From Carpediemonas membranifera BICM (Eukaryota; Protista; Fornicata): a DNA stretch of 64,000 bases. The translations under genes and the position numbers were made by a program. Numbering within the stretch: the first letter of the stretch is position 1; each line of letters begins with the position of its first letter. The notes beneath the pieces were generated by a model that was given only the letters and a program-made list of their open reading frames with translations, had not been told where the DNA came from and searched no databases. Shown in pieces: positions 54,589-64,000 of this stretch. The stretch spans positions 63,223-127,222 of the forward strand of contig JAHDYR010000015.1 of the NCBI GenBank assembly GCA_019828565.1. Direction: 5' to 3'.

Positions 54589-55218
54589 ATGTCCGACCTT
54601 TACTGCGTGGAGCAGATCACAATCCCTTCAGACCTACCCGACATATTGAAACAATGGGTCAAGGCCGTCATTAGCAAGAAGCCTGATGATATCTTCGACT
54701 TTTCGGCGAAATACTTTGCTAAGCTCGCGGGGACAGTTCCCGAGGAGGATACGGATACGCGGATGGACATGACAACAATCAAGCAGATCAAGACCGCGCT
54801 CACTGCGCTGGACGAGGAATATCACAACGACGCTGTGCCGCGCGAGGCCATTCTTGATGTAGTACAGGCGCATGAGTTCAGCAAGACTCTTGCGGACCGG
54901 ATCCTGAAGCTGATTGAGCTGAACGACGGCGTGCTCACCGGCCGCGTCTTCTTTATCCTCCTGCTCGCACTCGCCTCGCCCGACCTCCTCGCCGCCGTTG
55001 AGCTGTCGTTCGCCGCTTTCTCACAGAGCAACGATGTGTATAAGCCGATCATTAGTGCGGATGACCTCGAGACGCTGTTCTCCGAGCTCCACTGCTACGA
55101 CTACCGCGTGACGCCCCTGGTCCTGGGAGAGGTCAGGGCCCTCATCGAGGACAACGACAGGAAGCCCATCTCATTCGGGGAGTTCCTCTCCAGCAACCTG
55201 GCCGACATGTTGCGATAA
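54589..55218 (+). CDS. ROPN1L: Ropporin-1-like / radial spoke protein 11 (RIIa dimerisation-docking domain)
   Basis: YCVEQITIPSDLPDILKQWVKAVISKKPDDIFDFSAKYF followed by degenerate EF-hands. Confidence 0.8.
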   Translation: MSDLYCVEQITIPSDLPDILKQWVKAVISKKPDDIFDFSAKYFAKLAGTVPEEDTDTRMDMTTIKQIKTALTALDEEYHNDAVPREAILDVVQAHEFSKTLADRILKLIELNDGVLTGRVFFILLLALASPDLLAAVELSFAAFSQSNDVYKPIISADDLETLFSELHCYDYRVTPLVLGEVRALIEDNDRKPISFGEFLSSNLADMLR

Positions 55219-55412
55219 TGCTTGTAAAGTTTGTTTATAGAGGGAGCTTGTGAGCTAGTATTGGGGGTTCACCCACCGAGATTGAACTGTGCCCGCCAGA
55301 GCAAGAGAGGGGAGGGCCATCATGGTGCTGATACTAGCGGTAGAGCCCTGCTTCGCTGTTTAGGCCGTTTATGTGAGTTACGTGCTCATCCATTAACGCT
55401 CGAAGCAAGTCC

Positions 55413-56456
55413 ATGGGAACGAAGAAGGCAAGTTACAAGGACTTCAAGCAGGGCAAATTCAAGGTTGGGAAGAAGATTAAGAAGTCTACGACGACTACAG
55501 ACATCAACGTGCAGTCTGTGAGGCTCAACGTCCTCGATCAGCATCTTGACGACGAAATCACGGACCCCGTTACCATTCGTGGCATCGGGCTCTCAACACT
55601 GTGCAAAAGAAGCCGTTTCACGACTCATTACAAGCAGCGCAAGGACGCGCTTTCCCTGATCAACGAGCTTGTTTCTTCCCGGCCGGCCGACCTCGATTCC
55701 CGCTGGGCAGAGGTCCTCGAGGCCGGCGCCACGGCCCTCGCTGATGCAAACCACGTTGTTCGAGAACAGGCGTCGATAACAACCCAGGCCGCGCTTCGCG
55801 CCTGCCCCTCATCTGTCCTCTCTGCCTCTAGCTTCCTCCTCGATGCCCAGCTCCATGCCGGCCTCACCCATGTCAATAGACGCGTGCAGCTGGTAGTACT
55901 GGACGTTGTCGACGTTCTTCTGAAGACTCACCCGTCTGAGCGTCTCAAGCTTGCCCGCCTCGTTGCCCCACTCGTCTCGTTGGCCATGCTCGTCGACCCA
56001 CCGGAACCGCGGGCCATCGAGCTCCTCAGCCACCTGTGCACCGGCCGCGAGGAGAATGGCGTGGCAGGGCCCATGTGGCGCCAGGACCGACCCGACCTGC
56101 CCGAGCTCAGCCTCGAGGACATCCGGACGGACCGGACAGTCACACCCGCGACAGCGCTGTTTGATGCACTCAAGATGGACGCGTTGCTGAGCCATGCCCG
56201 CATTGCCATGGCAGACGGCAAGTCCGCCCGGGTTGACCAGCTCGTATCCCTCGGGGCCAGGGCAATCGGGGCCAAGCTGTCCGCCGCAGTGGCGGCACAG
56301 GCCGTGTGTGCGATTACCGGTCAGTCGTGCGACCGGCCCAGTGTGGCTGAAGCGGACACGTTCCTTGGGGCGATGACGGGGGTGGGGGACCTCGGACGGC
56401 AGGCGCGGCAGGCAGTGGACACTGTTCGGCGACTCAGGGCTAAGATCAATGTGTAA
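55413..56456 (+). CDS. IPI1: Ipi1/TEX10-like pre-rRNA processing protein
   Basis: KDFKQGKFKVGKK...TDINVQSVRLNVLDQ, HYKQRKDAL, AGLTHVNRRVQ. Confidence 0.8.
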   Translation: MGTKKASYKDFKQGKFKVGKKIKKSTTTTDINVQSVRLNVLDQHLDDEITDPVTIRGIGLSTLCKRSRFTTHYKQRKDALSLINELVSSRPADLDSRWAEVLEAGATALADANHVVREQASITTQAALRACPSSVLSASSFLLDAQLHAGLTHVNRRVQLVVLDVVDVLLKTHPSERLKLARLVAPLVSLAMLVDPPEPRAIELLSHLCTGREENGVAGPMWRQDRPDLPELSLEDIRTDRTVTPATALFDALKMDALLSHARIAMADGKSARVDQLVSLGARAIGAKLSAAVAAQAVCAITGQSCDRPSVAEADTFLGAMTGVGDLGRQARQAVDTVRRLRAKINV

Positions 56457-56691
56457 ATACTTGCGGTTAGGGTGGTGTGTGTGGAAAGGAGTGTTATGTG
56501 GGACTCAAGAAACGGACGGATGGGACATGGACCACCGACCACGAGCAAAAGGATACTTCGGTCTCAGACAACGAGTAGATATGTATACCTACCAGCAGCT
56601 GCCACAATCGGCCTGTTGCGCAGTATAAACACATTGTTTGACCCTTCAATAGCACATGGCCAAACCGCTTAAACTGCACCGCAATTCAGAC

Positions 56692-57375
56692 ATGGGGCTT
56701 TCCAAGAAGACTGGGGCTATCACGAAGAAAAAGAGAAACAGCACCCGTAAGACAAAGAATGCACGTGAAATATCGAGGAAAGAGGTCGATCTCAGCGAAG
56801 TCCTTGGGCGCGCCCGTGCACAGCTGCAAGCTGTGAAAAATCTGATGGCAAATAGCGACAATGCAGAGGGGATTGAGAATGAATTGCACGAATTAGAAGC
56901 TGACAAGGTAGCACTAGCGTCAGAACTTCAGAAGTCCAACAAGGAGCTCAAAGCTCTCGAAAAGGAGATCCGCGCAGCACAATCAGAGACTAATGACCTC
57001 GAGAAAGCGAACAAGAACCGTGCCAAGCAAGAGCGCGACCAAGAAGCGAAGCTACAGCTCTCTCTGGACCAGGTCGACGCCAAGGCGCGCATCCTCGCCG
57101 AGCTGATCACCGGGCACCCCATGGAAGGCCAGGCCCAGGATACTGGGCCCATGGCGCTGCGGCTGGAGTACGAGGGCAACAGCGGGACCATGGCCATCAT
57201 CCCGGGCAAGGACGGGGCGGTGCTCCTGCAGATCGAGAGCGACACTGTTGAGCTCCCAGAGGAAGTCGAGGTGCAGGCCGGCAGCATGCGGAGTGTGTTT
57301 GCGTACGTGGCGAGTGTGATGACGGGGACGGTCGAGGAGGGGGCTGTGGGGTCAGATGACGGGGGGGACCCATGA
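56692..57375 (+). CDS. Coiled-coil protein with small C-terminal globular domain (possibly Csm1/RWD-like)
   Basis: Basic N-terminus, about 100-aa coiled coil, then ELITG...EGNSGTM...LPEEVEV..SMRSVFAYVASVM. Confidence 0.6.
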   Translation: MGLSKKTGAITKKKRNSTRKTKNAREISRKEVDLSEVLGRARAQLQAVKNLMANSDNAEGIENELHELEADKVALASELQKSNKELKALEKEIRAAQSETNDLEKANKNRAKQERDQEAKLQLSLDQVDAKARILAELITGHPMEGQAQDTGPMALRLEYEGNSGTMAIIPGKDGAVLLQIESDTVELPEEVEVQAGSMRSVFAYVASVMTGTVEEGAVGSDDGGDP

Positions 57376-57811
57376 GGATGGGGTGAGGACGAGAACAGTG
57401 GGCAGAGAGCACTTAGCACAGGCGTGTAGTGGAGACAGCATTAGTTTATTCTGTCAGTGGAGGCTGGGCGCGTGTCTGCCCATAGGACAGAATCCGTTTT
57501 CAACACGAGTCACTCCAAATCCAATTCGACTTAAATCAAGTCTGGTACGGTCATATTGCTGCAATCGAAGTGATGAATGTATTATGACATTGAATGCACC
57601 TTTTTCGATCAATCTTTGAGCACCATTTTTTTGGCAGATTTTTGAGTCAATCAAAAATTCTACAAAAAAGGAAAAGGGGTCAGACTAGTAGTGTGCGCCC
57701 ATGCCCCGTATTGGGCGGCCTTATGTTCGGGTCCTCATGTTTTCTTTTTCTCGCTTTCCTTTTCTGGCAAAACGACAAAAAGCGCGCAAACGCTAGATAC
57801 CTCCAGGTCGC

Positions 57812-58339
57812 ATGTCCACGCCTAGAATCAAGCTGATCAACCCTATCGAAGAGTGGAGTGAAGGTGACGTCTGCAGCTGGCTTAACGGCATCAAGATGCG
57901 CCACCACGCTGAAGTTTTCCGCAAGAACGGCATCAACGGCCGCGCTCTTCTTCGCCTTACTGAAGAGGATCTTCTTAATTCTCTTAACGTAACCAAACTC
58001 GGTGAGCGCCGCTCGATTCGCTATGAGATTGATAACCTCGAGAACTGGATGGGCTGGCTCTGGCGTGAGGAGGTCAACGGCACCACCATCGAGGCCCTTC
58101 TGACCCTCTCCGCCAACAAGATGATCGCCCTCACCTGTGTCCGCCTCGAGCCCGTTCACGAGCCCGTCCAGGGCACTTGGACTTTCACCAAGCTCAACGA
58201 CACTGGCGACGTCACCCAGGTCGTCAAGTTCACCACCGACGTCAACTACGAGGGCGAGAAGTCCCGCAACATCATCAGGCTGCCCTGCCCCGTGTCCGAT
58301 GTCGAGGCCACCTTCCAGGCCGCTGAGCCGCAGGAGTAA
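57812..58339 (+). CDS. SAM-domain protein
   Basis: WSEGDVCSWLNGIKMRHHAEVFRKNGINGRALLRLTEEDL..LNVTKLGERRSI. Confidence 0.9.
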   Translation: MSTPRIKLINPIEEWSEGDVCSWLNGIKMRHHAEVFRKNGINGRALLRLTEEDLLNSLNVTKLGERRSIRYEIDNLENWMGWLWREEVNGTTIEALLTLSANKMIALTCVRLEPVHEPVQGTWTFTKLNDTGDVTQVVKFTTDVNYEGEKSRNIIRLPCPVSDVEATFQAAEPQE

Positions 58340-58604
58340 CCCCGTTGTAAAATCATTTCGTTCTTGTTGGAGCCTGTTGAGAGGATGGAGGCAAGTGAAG
58401 CAGAAGATGGTGGGTGATTTGTCGGAAGCCGATGAATCAACGGAATCATTACAATTTTCGAGTCCAGAAGAGTCGTTCGGAAACTCATCAGTCTCCTGTC
58501 TTGGCGCCTCTATACCCCCTGGCATGCTGATTTGGAGTCGGGATGACTTACTTTTCGATCGTGACATAACCTGCACTGCAGGCAACCCTGTCTCACCTGA
58601 AACC

Positions 58605-60203
58605 ATGTCTTCAACCGTTGGCGCCATTTTCGCCGCCTTCTTTACTGTCACAGGCATTGTGGCATCATTATCCTTCAGTTTATGGTATCTTATCGCGTTC
58701 CAACACCCGGAAGACAAGTTTCGTGCTTGGATTCCGAAGTCTGTCATCGTCACGAGCATGTTCATGGCCCTTTTCACTATTTTCCTACTCCCAATCGACA
58801 TATCCTTTGCTGATTTCGACCTCTTCCCCTTCCTCTTCGTGTGGGTGGCAGTCGCTGCAGTCGACGTCATCCTGCTGCTCTTCGTCCTCCCCTTCGCCAT
58901 CATCTACTACGAGTCACTCGACACGAAGCCCAACATCATCAAGCAGCTTCTCAAGTCCGTCCTCGCGGCAACCGTTGTACTTGCCATCTTTGCCGCAGTC
59001 ACCGTCGTCACGTGGCTCGTCTTCGGCGAGGCCCACATCCCCGTGCAGACGTACTCCTCGGACCTCGTCGCCTACTCGACCTTCACCGCCGCAGACCTGA
59101 CCACGCTGACCCTCAACCACTCCGTGTCAGACGCCACCGTCCGTCTCAACCTCCTGCTTCACCTCCACGTCATAGCCTTCGCCTCGGTCGTCGGCATGGT
59201 CCTCTTCATCATCTTCGCCTCAGTGGGGGCCGTGGCAATCCCCATGGACCTCATCAGCGAGTGGAGGTACCGGCCCCGCCCCTTCTCGAACGACAGAGTC
59301 GCGCAGTTTAGGATCGTATTCAGGAGTAGGGCGATGATGCTCAAGGAGATAGCCCAGAAGCACTCGGACGACATGAGGGAGCGGCGCGAGGAAACTGTCA
59401 ACGGTAACAAGAAGCGCAAGCTCACCAGGGCTGAACGAAAGCTCCCGGTCAGAGTGCAGGAGGCCTCCCGCCAGCTCGAGAAGGAGTACGAATACGTCCA
59501 GATCTCTACGGGCGCCAAGAGATACCTCCCCCTCCTCTACTGGGGCAAGCTCGCCCTCGCCGTCGTCCTCCTCTGCCTCAGCGTCGTGTGGATGGTCCAC
59601 CTGGTGCTCTTCATGCTGCCCGCCGACCCCCTCCACCCAGGATTGAATCTGATTTTTAGATCCACAGAAGATTTCCTGCCATTCCTCGGCACGGCCCTTT
59701 ACAGCGTCTTCGGGGTCTACCTCCTGGCCTGCACGGTGAAGGGCGTCACTCGCCTGGGCACCCGCATCCTGCTGTTCGCCAACATCCATCCCCTCGAGAA
59801 GCACCAATCCTATTGTAACACGCTGATGTTCAACGCCATGGTCATGCTCCTCATCAGCCTCGCCCTCGTCCGCTTCCTGTGTACGTCGTTCAGTGTTTAT
59901 ACAAGGGCGACCAGCGCAAATGTTTTATTTAACGGGATCTTCGACAATATCTCATACGTGAGACACGCCTTCCCCTGGGCATACTTCGCTATGCCGTTCA
60001 TCTCGGTCGTCTCAGTCATTCTCCTGCTGATTTTCCCCCATAAGAACGAGCTGGTCGATCGTCTGCTGCAACGGGACCTGACCAAGGCGATCGGCACCGC
60101 CACCAAGGGCAGGAAGGGAGAGAGGTTCATTGACTCCATCAAGGACGTGCGGAAGCTGAGATTGGGCAAGCCGAGGCAGCGGGGGGCCGATGATAATGTG
60201 TAA
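58605..60203 (+). CDS. LMBR1-family (LIMR-like) membrane protein
   Basis: FQHPEDKFRAWIPK, LLPIDI, LPFAIIYYE, AIPMDLI..WRYRP. Confidence 0.85.
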   Translation: MSSTVGAIFAAFFTVTGIVASLSFSLWYLIAFQHPEDKFRAWIPKSVIVTSMFMALFTIFLLPIDISFADFDLFPFLFVWVAVAAVDVILLLFVLPFAIIYYESLDTKPNIIKQLLKSVLAATVVLAIFAAVTVVTWLVFGEAHIPVQTYSSDLVAYSTFTAADLTTLTLNHSVSDATVRLNLLLHLHVIAFASVVGMVLFIIFASVGAVAIPMDLISEWRYRPRPFSNDRVAQFRIVFRSRAMMLKEIAQKHSDDMRERREETVNGNKKRKLTRAERKLPVRVQEASRQLEKEYEYVQISTGAKRYLPLLYWGKLALAVVLLCLSVVWMVHLVLFMLPADPLHPGLNLIFRSTEDFLPFLGTALYSVFGVYLLACTVKGVTRLGTRILLFANIHPLEKHQSYCNTLMFNAMVMLLISLALVRFLCTSFSVYTRATSANVLFNGIFDNISYVRHAFPWAYFAMPFISVVSVILLLIFPHKNELVDRLLQRDLTKAIGTATKGRKGERFIDSIKDVRKLRLGKPRQRGADDNV

Positions 60204-60263
60204 CTCTGAGTGGTCAATTTTGCCACGTCTTCCTCATTAAAAATGATTTTCCCCACACACCAG

Positions 60264-60339
60264 TCAGGCCCAGACGTCGCCAGTCTTGGCACGGGCATGA
60301 GTCGGGCGACCGAGCCCCAAGGCATGGGGACTGCGATTC
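60264..60339 (+). repeat. ~76-bp dispersed repeat, copy B
   Basis: Homologous to 46382-46461. Confidence 0.9.
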
Positions 60340-61700
60340 AAGGATGGTTGAGTCAAGCACTGGAGCAACGCGACGTGAGTCTCACCCCAGCCCGGTCACT
60401 CCCGGGTGGGCGTGGTCCGGGTGTGCCAAGAATACAGTCACAGCACAGTGAGGATTCGCCCTGGATCTCCCGCGGCATGGGTGGTTCCGCACTTGTGACT
60501 CGAGCAGTCCAATAAGAAATGTGGTTGGCAAGTTCATTCCAGAAGAAGCTCAAGAAGGGCCGATACCCGTCATTAAACATTATGTTACCATTTCTATTTG
60601 GCCTGTTTGGCTTGTGCTCAGGGCGAACACACAGTGTCAAATGGGTCGGCTCCCACCACATGATCAGGGCCAGTTTCGGCCACGAATTTGTCCGGCGATA
60701 CGATTCTGGGTCAGGCTTGGAGTCTTTGTTGTTTGTCATCGACTCGAGACCCATGCTTAGCTGTAACTGTGTCACCATTTTTTTCTGAAAAAGAATACAA
60801 CTAACCAACTGAGCATTCATCGCTGTGGTTCGTGTACGGCAGTGATTGAAGACGCAGATGCTCTCAAATGATGTCTTCACTTCGCCTTGATTCTCCATTC
60901 CGTCTCTGGATCGGCCTCTTCTTGGTGCCGAGCTAAACAACATCAATCAGGTGCACCGACGGGACCCTGGAGCGGCAACAAGGTAAGTCCGCCACCATCT
61001 AATGATGTCACATCCTAGCTGTGCGCTACGGCGTCTTCGGACTCGTGGTATTGCATTGGCCTCTGGCCCTTGCTGCACACCGGGACATCCGCGCCACCTT
61101 ACACGGCGCGGAACCCGGCTTCTAGCTAGGAGCGCGCGGGCGGTGTGTGACTGCCGCGCGGACATCAGATGGACCTAGGACAGTGAGCCTAGATGATACA
61201 CTTGGACGACCCAGCAGCTGCTGGCGGTTGGTGAGTGTATGCGGGAGGGCAAACCCGCGGCGTGGAGCCCCCATCGGAGTCATACCCATGGGGGGTCATT
61301 TTCGTCCGAAAATTCCATTTGCCAGAATTGCCATCATGTGATGCGAGTCCGCTCTTGCCGCACAGCTGCGCATTATTCATCGCTCAACTATCCAAGCGTT
61401 GACTTGGCTGCAAGGCGCTTATCGGACCGTTCTTACTTATCGTTTTCTAACAATGTCACCGTTTATTGTCTGCACTATTGCTGCCCTCCAGGCAAAGCAA
61501 CACGAACAGCTTTATGATCATTACCACCACTGTGTGGGCTGCCTGCTTCCAGACGCCCCGACTCAGACGTCCGGCCGCAGACGTCCAACTGGGTGCGGCT
61601 CAGGCGGACAACGGTGACACATGCGAGGATGGCAGACGAAGGAGAGGGCAAGTCGCCTGTTACTTACCCATCGTTTGTTGCATAAACGGTGATATCCTGA

Positions 61701-62867
61701 ATGTCTCCAAATCTGGCGATATGTGTTCGACTTTTCGCAGATTATGTGACGAGTGCTTTCTTGAGTGTTCACTCCATGCTTGACAATTTGCTCACCGCTG
61801 ACGCGAATGTCGCAAGTTTGGTTGCTACGATGCTAATGGTTGCTCTAGTTGTGGGCTCTGTGCTCGTTATTGCCCTATTTGCTCTTGTTTTGGGCGTCGC
61901 TGGCGCCCTTTTTGTCATCGTCATTCTGCTCTATTTCATTGTGGACCAGTTCACTGAGATATTCCGTAGACACGGCCCTTCTAGGAACGAGAACGTTATG
62001 GTTCCGAACAATCCATGCAGGACCCAGCTTGTGCACTATGCAGAGAAGCAAGTGAAGGTCCGGCAACGCATATGCATTGCTGAGTACCCGCGGAAGGGTT
62101 TGGACTATGCGCCGTTCGAGGACGGCGAGATATACACCGGAAAGGTGAAGCCGCTGAAGAGGATGAGCCGCGTGCTCTGCAGCAAGCTCAACACCCCGGA
62201 GCACCAGAGTAGCGCTGCGGCAAGGCTGGCCGCTGCTCATGCCCAGCATATGGCCAACATTATTGGCATCAGTCGCATTTACGGGTTCAGTGATTCCAAG
62301 AAGGAGAAGGCTCAGTTCATCTTCAAGGAGGAGGCTACCTGCAACCTCGAGGCCAGATTACCAAGCACCAGGTCGTTCCCCTGGGAGACCCGGCTTCAGA
62401 TGGCCCGGGATGTAGCGACAACGATGGCCCAGGCGCACGCCCAGGGGTTGACCCACGGCAACCTCTGCGGGACCACAATTCTTGTATTTAACGACCACGC
62501 CAAGATCGACGACTTCGGAATCGACCCAAAACCTGGCATCAAGGACCTTCGCGCCCACGACGTCGAGCAGTTCGGCCGTGTGTTCTGGCGTGTGGTCTAT
62601 CGCAAGCCCATCCCGTACAGCCCTGCCGACATGGTGCTGCCCCCGCCCGAGGGTTGCCCAGAGGTTCTCCACCGCGCAGTCATGGCATGCGTCTCACCCG
62701 AGAAGCCCGACTTCACCACAGTCTGCCGGATTCTCGGCGCTGCCACTCTCAGGTCGGCCCCACCAGCGCAGGTCGGCCCATACCAGACAGCTCCGCCCCA
62801 GCCGATGAACCCGTATGGGTCGCCGTACAGCGGGCAGCCGGGGCCCAACAGCCAATGCCGCGTGTAA
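61701..62867 (+). CDS. Membrane-anchored TKL-like pseudokinase
   Basis: N-terminal hydrophobic segment; WETRLQMARDVA, HGNL in place of HRDL, DFG, HDVEQFG, PPPEGCP. Confidence 0.7.
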   Translation: MSPNLAICVRLFADYVTSAFLSVHSMLDNLLTADANVASLVATMLMVALVVGSVLVIALFALVLGVAGALFVIVILLYFIVDQFTEIFRRHGPSRNENVMVPNNPCRTQLVHYAEKQVKVRQRICIAEYPRKGLDYAPFEDGEIYTGKVKPLKRMSRVLCSKLNTPEHQSSAAARLAAAHAQHMANIIGISRIYGFSDSKKEKAQFIFKEEATCNLEARLPSTRSFPWETRLQMARDVATTMAQAHAQGLTHGNLCGTTILVFNDHAKIDDFGIDPKPGIKDLRAHDVEQFGRVFWRVVYRKPIPYSPADMVLPPPEGCPEVLHRAVMACVSPEKPDFTTVCRILGAATLRSAPPAQVGPYQTAPPQPMNPYGSPYSGQPGPNSQCRV

Positions 62868-62934
62868 AAGCAGGAACCATTGAAGGCAATGAGGCGTGTG
62901 CTTCGGACTAGTGTCTCCAAGCCGATACGAGGGT

Positions 62935-62968
62935 TGTGCTGCGCAGGATTAGAATTGTTGAGTCCAAA
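62935..62968 (-). repeat. 34-bp dispersed repeat, copy B, downstream of the Fanzor-like ORF
   Basis: 32/34 identical to 35346-35379. Confidence 0.9.
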
Positions 62969-63070
62969 ACTCACAGTGATCCGAGCAGCATCAGGATCGC
63001 AGTGTGGTTCATCATACTCTATCAATCGTGCGCTGCATATCACGCGCGCTGCAGCGCGTGCTTGCTCAAC

Positions 63071-64000
63071 TTAGCAAGTTAATGATAGCGAGGAAGCACC
63101 TCTCTGGGAGTCGTAGTGGAAAGGAGATTGCTCTATCTGATCTGAAGTTGCATCGTAGGTGCACCAAAGGATGTTCTCGCTGGCGCTCTTATCTCGGTGA
63201 GAGAGATTGAGAAGTATGTCTCTCTGCTCGGGATGCCGACGTAGCCGTTCAACGCGCCATGGAGCTCCCTCGCACGCGGGATTCTGGCAGAGCATGGTGC
63301 GGTGTGTGTGCACCACACGTCTGAAGTGTGCTTTGCAGTATGGGCACACGATTGAAGTGCGGAATTCCGAGACCATCGTGACACTCACGACGACGTTGTG
63401 CCGGAGCATGATGCCAGGGAGAGCTCGAGCAAAGTGGCGGTACGGAGCACAGGAGGGAGTGCCGGCGGAACCGAACAGTGCAGCCACATACGCGACTTCG
63501 ATGTGAATGGGCTCCGGGGGGCGCCCGCCGAGATCATCCAGGAGTTGACGTCCAGCCCGGGCGAAGTGCTTCAGGCGCAGACAGTGATTGGCAAAACTCG
63601 CACGGCGGAAACACTTTCTCGTCCCCTCGTTGATGATCTGAACGATGTTCTCATGGAGCGGACGCACCCGTTCTAACCCAGCACGAAGACGGGTCAGGTA
63701 CCCGGGTGACGCGCGCGAGAGCCAGACCCGGGTGGCTGTGGAGTACTCACCCAACCAGCAGTGCTGCAATTCCAACGTAGGCTTCCCTGAAGTCCTGGAC
63801 GAGTGGGGTTATGTCAGGGTCCCTCCACATCGCCAGGTCGCCAATCCACCTGCACCGATCCGCTGCCTTTGCCTTCGACACCTTTTGCTGAGCAATGCTG
63901 ACGATCTGCGCGAGGACCTCCTGGTCGAACAGGTTGACTGTCCTCGGTGGGGTCAACGCGTGCGCAGATGCAAAGACGCACGCAAGCAGGCAAGTGAATG
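63071..64000 (-). mobile_element. Fanzor1/TnpB-like RuvC protein, degraded (frame break near 63750-63775; runs off the window)
   Basis: VAYVAALF.S.GTPSCAP...VTMVSEFRTSIVCPYC (RuvC-II E plus Zn finger), CQNPAC, HRDKSASENI (RuvC-III D). The RuvC-I GxDPG motif is not seen. Confidence 0.78.

Noticed and set aside
60340-61700. Short ORFs in the 1.4-kb spacer before the pseudokinase
   Set aside because: No motifs or host-like codon bias; left unannotated.
63739-63755. GTGAGT...CCACAG as an intron repairing the Fanzor frame break
   Set aside because: Only about 15 nt, far below the 28-nt local minimum, and a multiple of three, so it would not join the two frames.
1-64000. Alternative genetic code (TAA/TAG read as Gln) as the cause of broken ORFs
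   Set aside because: TAA, TAG and TGA all end conserved proteins at the expected place (Rab1 CC-TAA, SLC12 TAG, SET TGA); breaks are explained by introns or indels.
1-64000. CRISPR arrays, tRNA, rRNA and snRNA genes
   Set aside because: No regularly spaced direct repeats, and no cloverleaf, rRNA or Sm-site context recognised by eye; divergent ncRNAs could be missed without Infernal or tRNAscan.

Overview
Compact eukaryotic (protist) DNA, not prokaryotic. It is GC-rich and gene-dense, uses the standard genetic code, has tiny 28-45 nt GT-AG introns with the putative branch A fused to the 3' splice site, and often has TGTAAA/RTAAA right after stop codons. These traits and the flagellar genes suggest a metamonad-like flagellate (inference only). 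About 1-7.2 kb is a mobile-element zone: a non-LTR RT fragment, three Ty3/gypsy fragments with very short LTR candidates, and a lower-GC island with a CHAT-like protease, a PHD-finger gene and a long hairpin. About 7.2-63 kb holds roughly 34 host genes, nearly all on the + strand, including SLC35, SET, DeoD-type PNP, PCIF1, CatSper4-like, SYF2, kinesin, syntaxin-18-like, CK2-beta, SLC12, SLC44, Rab1, two dsRBD proteins, CTNNBL1, two LMBR1-family genes, RPL10, PSMA5, ROPN1L and IPI1. A frameshifted CRE-like RT-REL retroelement with an upstream Gag-like ORF interrupts this block. The right edge carries a degraded Fanzor/TnpB-like RuvC ORF followed by hairpins and a 34-nt segment that matches another locus in the window. 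Best leads: a 1-nt exon in CK2-beta, the Fanzor locus with a candidate guide/target pair, and the capsid-Gag plus CRE-type element. All family calls come from motif recognition by eye; no searches were run.
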